The position numbers and the translations under genes are program-made. Positions 1 through 45,595 of a DNA stretch of 64,000 nt are shown piece after piece. The stretch comes from Camelus dromedarius (Eukaryota), in the NCBI RefSeq assembly GCF_036321535.1, contig NC_087437.1, forward strand, positions 122,266,001 through 122,330,000, read 5' to 3'. How positions within the stretch are numbered: the stretch's first letter is position 1; every line of letters starts with the position of its first letter. Below the pieces are notes generated by a model. The model made no database searches. It saw only the letters and a program-made list of their open reading frames with translations, and was not told the DNA's origin.

Positions 1-92
1 TCTTGGATTCCAGCCTGCAGACTGTGAGAAAATGAGTTTCTGTTAAGCTGCCCCGTCTGTGGTATTTGTCACAGCACCCAAGCTGACAGACA
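1..92 (+). mobile_element. MaLR (MLT1-like) LTR 3' end
   Basis: ttccagcct..cagactgtgagaaaat..tttctgtt..aag..gtctgtggtatttgt..cagca resembles MaLR LTR ends. Confidence 0.65.
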
Positions 93-690
93 GAGGCCTG
101 AGGAGCTGGGGCTTCTGGGACCAACACCCCAGGCTGTGAGGACCAAGGGACAGGTCACCCCAGCACCCGCATATGCACAGCAGAGGAGGAGCCAGAGCCC
201 CTCCACTCGAAGCCCAACCCTGAAGGTGTCCTGACTGTGGGGCCCGGGGGGCAACTGCCCTCTCCAGGCCTCAGGAGAGATGGGCCAGGGGCTCTGTGCT
301 TCCTTCAGAGACGGTTCTGGGCCAGGGCTTGCCCACGACTGGGGGCACAGACGCAGGGACGGGACCCAGCATGATGCTGGGGCCAGCTGTTGGGGGTGAT
401 TTTGAGGCGCTGACACTCTGGCAGGTGTTATAAATATCTCCTTGATGAGGCGGCCCTGGAATGCCCCGCTGTTTACAGGGAAAAGCCATCTCACCAGTGC
501 CCAGATGCTGGCTTCTATTACCATCCTCCAGCCGCAGGGACCAGGGCCCTAGGCCCCAGGTCCCAGAGCCAGGCGGGAAGCAGGCTCCAAGAGCCATTCG
601 CACACGTCGTGAGGGCCCCCCACCCCGGGGTCCTGCCTCCTGAATCGCCTCCCAGGTAAGCCGCCTCCCGGGCCAGCCTCACCAGCAGTA

Positions 691-746
691 CCCGCACAGT
701 GGGGGCCACGCACAGTGGGGGCCACGCACAGTGGGGGCCCCGCACT
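691..746 (+). repeat. 16-bp tandem repeat (cgcacagtgggggcca) x~3.5
   Basis: Read directly from the sequence. Confidence 0.9.
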
Positions 747-1186
747 TGGTTTCAGGCTCTGTTGCCCCAGCCTTGAAATTCCCAACTTTTGAACAGGGGG
801 CTGTGCTTCCGTTTTGCCCACAGCCCTGCTCTGAATCCTGGCCTCCGGCTCTGCCTCCGGGGAAACCCAAACCCGGACAGGACCTGCTGGCCCCTTGGGA
901 AGAGGGACGAGACCCCAGGAGAAGGTGCAGGCCCTGGGGTTGGGGGCCTCGTTCCAACCCCCCCTGGGGCGCCTCCGCCCTCAAAGAGCAGCGGTAGAGG
1001 AGCAGAAGCAAACAGACGACTTTAATAGAGTGTGACTCCCCGCGCAGGTGTGGGCGGCGGCCTGGGCGCCTCGGCGGCGGCCCGGCCGGTGGGCATCGGC
1101 GCGGGGCCGCCCTCCAGGCCCCGGCGCCCCCGGCGCGCCCTCCCGCGGAGCGGACGAGGAGCGCGGCGCCCGGGTTGGAACACGCG

Positions 1187-1192
1187 TTTATT
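1187..1192 (-). terminator. SPATC1L polyadenylation signal AATAAA (a second signal, ATTAAA, lies at 1021-1026)
   Basis: tttatt on + strand, 21 nt after the stop codon. Confidence 0.7.
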
Positions 1193-1213
1193 CAGGGAGG
1201 CCGGGGCGCGGGT

Positions 1214-16436
<15,223 letters not shown>

Positions 16437-17759
16437 GGCCGTGTCCGTCCACAGGCGCTCACGTGCGGGCCTGCCGCCCCATGGCGGTGGAGATCGGAGC
16501 CCAAGATGCTCCAGAAATGCCGAGACCACGGAGTTCCAGCGGCCCGGCCTTCCGCAGCCTTGTGATGTCGCCTTAAAGAGGCAGCAATGGTGTCCTTCCC
16601 GCCTTCCCCTGGCTCCTGGCCCCTGGCCACGCGGAGCACCGCCCACGAGCAAGCAGAGGAGGGCTTGTGAGCAGTGGGGCCTGGCAGATTCCAGGGTGGG
16701 GGCTGAGACTCACGCAGGGAGGGCACCCCAGCAGAGGGAACAGCAGGTGCCAAGGCCCGAGGCAGGAGCTTTCCAGCACATTCTGGGAACCCAGGGCTGA
16801 GGGAGACGTCCACAGGCCTGGTGGGGCTCCTGCCTTCACTGAGCGACCCTGTCAGCCACCAGCCCTGCAGTGCGGCTCCCTGACCCTTTCCCCCCGCAGG
16901 GCCAGCCGAGCCCACAGAGGCAGGTGGTTGTCCCCTAGAAGCTGGGCAGTGAGTGTCTGGCCTGCAGACTCTTATTCCAGTGCACCCCTGGGATGCACAT
17001 TTGAGGAAGGAGGAGACAGTGGGTGCAGAGGGAGGCAGGCCCAGGGTGCCCCCCGACAGCTCCCACAGCCCACGGAGCTCTGGTGGACTCCGGGGAGGCC
17101 ACCTGCTGACTGCACTCCCCGAAGGATCCAGGCAGCACCTCAGCCTCCTCACACGGACCACGAGCACTGAGTGTCTGGGACACTGACCGTTACTGGACCT
17201 GAGGGCCCCCAGCCAGGGCACGGGGTCGTGTGGACCAACCACACACGCAGTCCCACCAAAGTGAGACTCCAGTCCCGTTGGTGTGACCACTGTGAATCCC
17301 ACCCCTACCCTTTCACTCACTACCCGTAAGGTAAACTCAGCACTGTATCCTGAGGAAGAACAGAGCCCAGAAAAGGAACAGCACGTCCTCCCTCCCCTTC
17401 AGCCCTGATACCCACCCAGGGAGGAGAAGCAGCCTCCAGGCGGAGCACAGCCCTTAGGTCCCCCAGACCAACCGCTCAGGTAGTCACCTCAGGGCAGAAA
17501 TCCTCGGGTTGGCTGGCAGAGAAAGGATCCCTAAGTCCCAGCCATCCCTTCTGCATCCCGGGAGAGCGGGAATGCAGACAGCGGGAACGCGGACAGCGCC
17601 CACTGAGGAAGGCAGGCAGGGGCCTCCAGGACCCTGAGGACAAGGCCAGGGCACGCGAACGGCTCCCTCTGCTGCCTCCAACCCTCACATTTCTTTCCCA
17701 CCCCAAGAAAGCCCTCTCCAGGGTCCTGCCAGCCCGGGACCTGCCAACATCCCTCCTGT

Positions 17760-19050
17760 TTTCTGGTCCTGATGTAATGCTCTTTTAATACACTCAATGT
17801 GCTAACAGTTTAGGCTTTTTCTATGTTCGTGAGAGAAATTGATCTGTCTCCTTTTCTGGCCATGACTTGGTCTGGTTTTGCTATCAAGGTCATAGTGACC
17901 TTATAAAGTGACTTGCAAAGGGTTCTCTCCTCCATTTTCTGGATATTTGTGTTAGACTGTTATTTCTCTTAAATGTTTGATAAATTCACCAGCAAATCCG
18001 TGTGAACCTAGAGTTTTCTTCTGGGGAATTTCTTAACTTCTAATTCAATTTCTCAAATAGATGTAAAGTTACTTAAAATTTCCATTTTCTCTCACGCCCA
18101 TCTAGATAACAACTATCTTTCAAGGAGTTTGTCCACGTCATCCCCATGGTGCAAGCCTGGAATGCTGGCATCACATAGTTCACAGCTCCCTATCACCCCT
18201 CTGTGACCTCTGAGACTAATCAGTCCAGTCAAGGCGGAAGCCACACTGTGGCCATGCAGACCCAGCGTGCAGTCAGCAGGCTTTTGCAGGAGGATGTAAA
18301 GCAGAGCAGTGGGAGCCGTGGCCCCGAGGCGGGCGCAGTCTGGCCGGCTCTCTTCCGCAGGGTGGGTGGCGGTGCGCCCTTTCTCAGTCTCAACCTAAGT
18401 GGTTAGCTTTCTCACCTCCCTGACTGGAGGACTCACTTCGGTTGCACTGATCTTCTCCACCACGTCTTCTGGAGCATTTGATTTCTTTTATCCAGTGTTT
18501 CCTTCCTTCTACTTACTTCGGTTTTAAGATTCTTAAGGTGGGCACTTTGAACACCAATTTTAAACCTTACTTACAGCATTAATAACAAGGCTGTAAACAT
18601 TTGTCTAAGCTCTGCTTTCGCTACATACACAAATTTTGAAGTCATGTTTTTATTTTCATTCAGGTTGAAATATTTTTTAATTTTCCTCGTGCTTCCATTT
18701 TTTACCATAGACGGCTTAGAAGTGTATCCTTTCATTTTCAAAAATTTGGGACTTTCCAAATCTTGTTACTGATTTCTAATTTAACTCCATTGTGGTCAGA
18801 GAATACACTCTGTATGGTTTCAATCCTTTTGAATTTCTTGAGACTTGTGTCATGACCCAGCACGGCCTATCTTAAGTGAACCGTCCGTGGCCGCTTGGAA
18901 AGAATGTGAGCAGTTACACAAATGTCAACCACGCAAGCTGGTTGAAGATTTTCTCTACAGTTGCTGAGACAATTATTGAAATCTCCCACTTTAACTCTCT
19001 TTAGTTCCACCAGCTTTTGCTTCATGTGTTTTGAAGCCCTGTTACTAGGC
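17760..19050 (-). mobile_element. Ancient L1 ORF2 fragments
   Basis: Minus-strand KIKKYFNLNENKN..AKAELR and VGDFN endonuclease motif. Confidence 0.7.
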
Positions 19051-19770
19051 GGTCCCTGTGGAGTCCGCGGTGACCAGCGCCTGGTGGAGGGCGCTGCAAG
19101 GAGCGGCCGAGATGCCCCGTTCTTGAGACCCACCCCACAGGCAGTGGGACGGGCATCTCCTAAGCCACAGGGGCCTGTCTCACGCTGAGTTTCCCTCTCC
19201 AGTTGCCTCCTAGAAAGTCCAGCACTGTGTCTGGAGGCCGACAACAGCAAGTGAGCAAGACCCCGGCACGTACCCCGTGTCCTGACGTCCCTCCCAGCCC
19301 CACCTGACCTTCTTGCCCTCACGTCCCCTTGTCTATTTTCAACCTTAATTTCCTTTTGAAACAATGGGAATTATTAGTAATACTTTACACTGCAGATGGA
19401 GAGATGAAAATAAATCAAGCCAACCAATTAACCTACCATTAGTTGCTAAGAAACGAGAAAAATGAGGAAGCAACAGTTGACGGCATTGATTTTTTTTTTA
19501 AACACTTTTGTTGCCTGAATAAGATCAAATCACGTAACAACATCGGTTACATTCAGTAAGGAAGTGTTCTCCTTGAGGCAAGTTTCCACTGTGAGTGAAA
19601 GAACCCATACAGGCTCAGACCTCAAGTTTACATCCCGGTGAACACAGAAAAGCCAACATGGCTCCAGAGAGAATTTCCCACACGTTCAAAACCTGCTCCC
19701 CATAATCAAAAATAAAATGATTTGAATTCAAGAATCTCCACTCATTCACCCCAGGAGCGAGAACTTGATT

Positions 19771-19776
19771 TTTAAT
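19771..19776 (-). terminator. Candidate LSS polyA signal ATTAAA (implies a ~1.8 kb 3'UTR)
   Basis: First canonical-type hexamer I found on the minus strand after the LSS stop; U-rich sequence follows. Confidence 0.4.
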
Positions 19777-21583
19777 CAGGTCGAGGCAAATAGTTTCCCC
19801 TCAGATAACTGGAGGTGCAACTGCCCGTCTTTGAACAGCTTCTCCTGTTCCCTGAGACTCAGGGACAGTGGGCCAGCGTCCGGTGTGGTGCCTGAGGGAC
19901 CGTGACCGTTTCCATGAGGAGACAACACACAAGCAGGATGGGCTTCTGCCTAAGGGACTCAACGTCCGCTTGTCAAGGTAGCCGGTCAGGTAAGTGACTT
20001 TCAATAACGTTTTCTGTATAAAAGGAGATTTTCATTTCTTTTCTGGAAACTTTGTGCTCCATCCAGGGCTCTGCCCATGGCTGGGAGCCAGCAAGGGGCA
20101 GCGGCCACTGCAAGGAGCAGACTGGTAACTCACCGTCTGCGCTGCTAGCTCCCGGGGGCTGGGGAGGCCATGGGCCAAGAGAGGACGTGCAAGAGCAACC
20201 CCCCAGGTTTCATAGGGGCCCCAGCACAGGTCCCTCAGCAGAACAGACCCCAGAGGAAGATGCCAGGGAATAGGTGGCATTCAACTCGCGCTGGCTGAGC
20301 ACCCACCACGTGCCACACGGTGTGGCAGCCAGTGGAGCCAAGACAAGGCCCTGAGGACTCAGAGCAGGCAGGAGCGCCACCCTGGGGCGGGTCAGCTCAG
20401 GTGAAGGCCCTGCAGCAGGTGAACCCCAGGCAGAGACAGGGAGCTGCGGGAGTTAAGGCCACATGGTGCACGGCCTCGGAGATGGCCTGACGCTGGGGGT
20501 TCCGGGCAGGGAAGGCGGAGCAGAACAGCATCCAGAGGTCTCTCCGGCTGCCTGAGAGAGGACAGTTGGACGGGAGCATAGCCAGGGCCGCCAGACCACG
20601 TGGGGACCCTCGAGTGCACGAGAAGCAGGTGGGGGCCCTGGGGCGACATCAGGCCTAGGTCTGGCCCTCTTTGAAGCTCCTGGTGACCCCTCACAGCCAT
20701 ACCCCGCGAGCCCTGAGAATGTGAACCACTCATCCTCGTGGGTCAGACGCAATTCCAGAACTTGGATTTTCCATCCTAAGTCCCAAGGCCACACACGCCA
20801 AACCAGAGGGTCTAGAAGCCAGAGGGGAATTGAAGGCTTACTACCTGACAGGCAGCACCATGGAGACTGGACCCTCACGTCAGCCAGAGCACAAAGGGGG
20901 TCAGAGGCAGCCACGAGGGTGCCCTGGGGCAGTGGCCTGGGTCCAGGTGACATGCCCGCCTGGCTGTCTGCAGCAGGTGGTGAGTGATGGGCTGTCCCCG
21001 GCACACAATGGTGACCCCTGGGGTAACCATCAGACCACTAATGTCCCCCTTTGCTATGTGTGGCCTCCTGGGTGCATTTCTGTCATTACCAGACAACTGT
21101 AACCTCTGGATGTGGCAATGCTGGCGGGTGTGGGTGGGCTGGAGAGCCGGGGCAGGGCCACCCGCAGGGTCTGGCTCCCCTCTGAGCAGCCACGGTGACC
21201 AGGGCCGCCCAGCCTCTCCCCAAAGGGCTGTCTAGGGGAGGTCACGTCCCTCAGCCGGAGACTCAGAAGAGGCAGGAGACGGATGACGCCTAGCTGCTCC
21301 TCTCCCGGGAACTCAGTCATTGGTCCAGAGAGCCATCCCGGTCGCGCCCACAGCAAGGACGTGCACCACTTTACGCAGGGTCACAGCTCATCCCGTCCCT
21401 CCCTCAGCTGTTCTCAGAAATAAACCTAAAAAAGCAGTGTCTACGGCCAGCTGCCCCATCCCCGCCGCAGGCAGGTCTCAGGACTCCTGTTGAAGTGGGC
21501 AGTGTGGGGGCTGGCGCGGCCCAGCCGAGACCCCCCAACCTCGCCCAGAACTGACCAGCCCCCCAAGCCCCACAGATGTGCTC

Positions 21584-41427
<19,844 letters not shown>

Positions 41428-41749
41428 GACCACCGCCGCGCTCCGGGTTCCTCGCCGCCTGTACCGGGACCTGTACCGCCGCTGGCCCGACACCGAGCGC
41501 ACTGCGCAGGCGCGCGCCTCGGCCGACACCAGAGCGCGATGGGCAGATGCCCGCGCGGCCAATCAGAACGCCGAGCCCGGCCACCTCAGAGGCGGAGCGC
41601 GCCGCGCCCCCGAGCGGGAGGCGGGGCCAGTGTTGGTGGGCGGTGCTTGGGTGGGGCCTGGGTGGTCTGGGGCGAGGCCTGGGCCTGAGGGCGGGGCGGG
41701 GCGGGGCGGGGCTTGGCGGCTGGGCGAGGCCAGGAGGAGCGCGACTTCC

Positions 41750-42941
41750 AGTCGCGCCAGACGCGGTAGTCCGTCAGCCCCGAGCTACCTATGGAGCAAA
41801 GTTTCAGGGCGAGGCCACCAAGGGGCTCCTGAGGAAGACTGGCCCTTGAGGAGGGTCCCTCCCAAGGCCAGAAGGCAGGGGGTCTGGAGAGCAGCAAGTT
41901 CCCTTGAAGAAGAGCCAGAGACTGGCGGCTCTGGGTGAGTGTGACGGGAGACTTGGCAGCGAGAGGGGAAGGCCTGGGGGATAAGGGGCTCTTGGGGGGC
42001 ACCTGAGAGGAAGTGAGGCAGAGAGATGACGGGAGGGCGGCTAACAGGAGGGGAGGTGACAGGAGAGGGGCTGACAGGAGAGGAGGTGACAGGTGAGGAG
42101 GTGACAGGGGAGATGACAGGAGAGAGGGTGACAGGAGGGGAGGTGACAGGAGAGGGGCTGACAGGAGGGGAGGTGACAGGAGAGGGGCTGACAGGAGGGG
42201 AGGTGATAGGAGGGGAGATGACAGGAGAGGGGCTGACAGGAGAGGTGACAGATGAGGTGACAGGTGAGGTGACAGGAGGGGAGATGACAGGAGAGGGTGA
42301 CAGGAGGGGAGGTGACAGGAGGGGTCTGACAGAAGGGAAGGTGACAGGTGAGGAGGTGACAGGAGGGGAGATGACAGGAGAGGGTGACAGGAGGGGAGGT
42401 GACAGGAGGGGAGATGACAGGTGAGGGGCTGACAGGAGGGGAAGTGATACGAGGGGAGGTGACAGGAGGGGAGATGACAGGAGAGGAGGTGACAGGAGAG
42501 GGGCTGACAGGAGGGAAGGTGACAGGTTAGGGGTCAGTGTATCTTCAGGGAGGCTGAGTCTAGGGAGGGCTTCACTTGTGGGACTTGGGAGGCTGAGGTG
42601 CCAAGCACCTGCCAGCCCAGGGGAGGGACCCACATTGGGAGAGCTTGGGCCACTTAGAGGAGACCCAGCAATTTTGAGGTCCCTGGTATAAGTAAAGGTG
42701 GAAGGCCTGAACTCTATGGGAAGGGAAAGAAAGTTGGAGACCCTGCTTATAGGACGGGTTGGGATTGGGGGGCAGGTAAAGTGGTCAAAGGGTGTGCAGC
42801 AGGAACCAGGGACTCAGCGGAGTTGGAGGAAACAGTGTGGACATTGAGGTCCTGAAAGTGGCTCTCCAGAAACCCACAGACGGCCTCATATCTTCATCTT
42901 CCACAGAAGCCCTGACATCAGGTCACAGCTTTCCCAGTCAG
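41750..42941 (+). ncRNA. Putative divergent spliced lncRNA at the MCM3AP-AS1 position: exon ending 41934 and 35-nt exon 42907-42941
   Basis: GG|GTGAGT donor at 41935; tcttcatcttccacag acceptor ending 42906; CAG|GTGAGT donor at 42942. Human has MCM3AP-AS1 head-to-head with LSS. The start coordinate is a guess. Confidence 0.4.
42020..42526 (+). repeat. Purine/G-rich minisatellite with 12-15 bp units (GGAGGGGAGGTGACA-like)
   Basis: About 30 copies of a TGACAG core, counted by eye. Confidence 0.95.
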
Positions 42942-43779
42942 GTGAGTGTTTTTGTATCAATCCCTTGAGTCCTATCCCCATGCCAGGAACCCAAGAAAGC
43001 CAGAGGGGAAGGGGGGCTTGCAAAGGAAAACACATGTACATCTTCCCCCTAGTAGAATATCAGGCTGTTAGATGGTCAGTAAAGGACACTTCCTCTACTT
43101 AGCCTAGTTCAGAAACCAATGAAGAAGATACAGCAATAAGATGAATATATAGCAAATACCAGCCTTGCTACAGAAAAAAGGCTAGTCTGGAGGATGTGGT
43201 TTAGATGGACAATCAAGAGCACTAGTTACTTCCACCCATAAATCAGACACAGATACCTCCTAGTCTCTGCCCCAGGGGGAAAACTGCAGCCTCCACAGAG
43301 CTGCTGCATCAAGCACGTGCAGCCAAGTGCAAATGGGAATACGCCTGTCAGCCTGCTGACCCCAGAGAGTGTACCAAGAGGAGACTGAGCACACTTGACC
43401 TTGTCTGTTCTCCAAAATTCACCAATTCACACTTCCCTGGGAGTGTAAAAAAGGCTGGAAGTTTTTCTCCAGGGATGTCCCACCATGTGGAAACACAAAG
43501 CGTAGGAGTAAGGGTTCCACGTGGACATCTCAAACTCTTGACTCTGGCAGAGCTAAGGAAGGAAAGAGGTTTCAACTGAAGCAGAGTTTGAGTTTAGGTA
43601 TTTTACTGGACTGGACTTTTATGAGCAAAATGATGATTCTCTTTTTTTAATTTCTAAGAAGAAAAGGGAAAAATTGTAAAATCTATCTGAGAAGTCACAG
43701 ATAAGATTTTCTGGGGACAGTCATGAGAAAAAATAATGCTTCTCTCTACTTGCACCCTACCAATTCCAACTTGTTCAAT

Positions 43780-44300
43780 AAACAGGACACAGAAGACTCT
43801 GAGGTTCTTGGCATGGACAACTGGGCATATTTACTAAAATAGAGGTTTGGAGGAAATTGTCAACTTAGGTTAGGAACATGTTAAGACAGAGATACCCATA
43901 AAACATTTAAGTAGACAGGTTGAGTATACTGGTGTTCAAGAGAGAGAGGACAAGACTAGAGAGAGGAATTTGAGAGTCATCTGTTTTCAGGTGATGTTTG
44001 AAAACAGTATTGGATGAACTCAACTAGGGAGTGAATATTCCAAACAGAAGAATTTCCAGGATGAGCCTTGGGGCACCAACCATTTCCAGTCTAGAGAGGA
44101 AGGAGTGGCCAGAGAGAAGAGAAAAGGTAGGGGAATGTGGAGTCAGAGAAGCCAGTGAAGACAAAGGTGATCTGTGCAGAGGTTTTAAAAGGATTGTAAA
44201 ATGAGGTCAGAGAATTGGTGACTAGATGTGGAAAGACAGTTTACTAGTGACTGACAAGAGCATCTCAGGAGATGTGAGGAGAAAATCCTAGTGGCAGTTA
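43780..44300 (-). mobile_element. L2 fragment
   Basis: Degenerate L2-like motifs (gactagagag..aatttgagagtcat, gagccttggggcacc). Confidence 0.5.
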
Positions 44301-45595
44301 AAAAGGGTGGGGAGGATTTCCAGTTAAACATGTTAGACTGAGCACAGGCATTGACTTCTATTTCCCACCTAAACTAGACTTACGTAAAGTAATAAAAGAG
44401 ATAAAAACACACAGTGAAAGAATGAGAGTGGAAGCACCAGTAAACAAGAGAGGTCAACAAAATACAGAGGCTGGAAATGTAAGGAGGAGTTGATAACTGA
44501 CTTAACAAGCCAGAGAAAGCTGAAACCCATGTGTAGGGATGAAGCGATTAAGAAAAGAGACCCTTCTTGCAAGTGAACCCCAGGAAGGTGCAGAAATTAG
44601 AAGAACTGGTGAAAAGTTTGAATAAGAAGCAGTGTGACAATAGATCCCTTCCCCTACCTGTGTGGAAGCCTACAACAGTTGAGTAGAGCAGGTGTGAACT
44701 CAGGCACAAGACACAGCTGAGGGCCACTGAAAGCAGGGGAGTTGAGTGAAAGTCTACATTCATGTGGGAGTCCCACTTCTCCCACTCAGCTATATATCTT
44801 CAGGCAATAAGAGGAGGATTTCTCTGGTGAAAATGGCTCCCCCAAAAGACCTGCAAACATTGGCAACTGGGACCCAGCAGAAAAGCAGAGAAGCCTATCA
44901 GCTGGCAGGCTGTATCTGTTAGCTTAGAGCATCCAGCAAGCTCTTCAGAGCCCCATCATCAACAGGAGCCAGACATTTGAGGAAAATCTCTACCATGAAA
45001 GACAAGAAAACAGAGAAAAAGGAAATTTTTTTAAAATGGAGGCGATTGAAAGTTACGGAAGACGATTTTGGCGAAACACGTCCTCACATGTTTTGGATGT
45101 TATACACATGAAACAAGAACCATCTGACATACTCTTTCCCTCCCTGCCTTATTTTTCTGCTTATCATCAATTAGCATGCCAAGTGTTTTGCATATTTATC
45201 TTGTTTACTGACTATCGCTCCATTAAAATATAAACTCTGTGAATATAAGCTCTATTCATTTGTTGCCATATCCCCAGTACTTGGAATAATGCCTGGCACA
45301 TAGTGAATACTCCAAAATTATATACTGAGTGAATGAATGAATAGGGTTCTCTAAATAAGAAACGTTATGGGAAAAAACTCAAAAATTAAAAATATGGCAT
45401 CAGTTTTTTAAAAAAAAAAATTTAACTTTTTAAATTGAAATATAGTTGGTGTACAATATTATATAAGTTACAGGTGTACAATATAGTGATTCATAATGTG
45501 GCAGCAGTTTTAAAGTCACTAGAGCAGGGAGATAAAATAGAGGAATTTTAGGACAGTAGAATAAAAAGATAAAGATATTAAAAATTGAAAAGAGA

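Noticed and set aside
425..480. TATAAA and FOX motif TGTTTAC as a promoter for a neighbouring gene
   Set aside because: Isolated short motifs with no linked exon visible in the window.
42020..42526. CRISPR-like array
   Set aside because: Tandem units without unique spacers, in a mammalian context with no cas genes.
41785..42633. 282-aa Ser/Pro-rich ORF (-) and 132-aa Gly/Glu/Thr ORF (+)
   Set aside because: Both are translations of a minisatellite whose 12/15-bp units preserve frame; no independent coding evidence.
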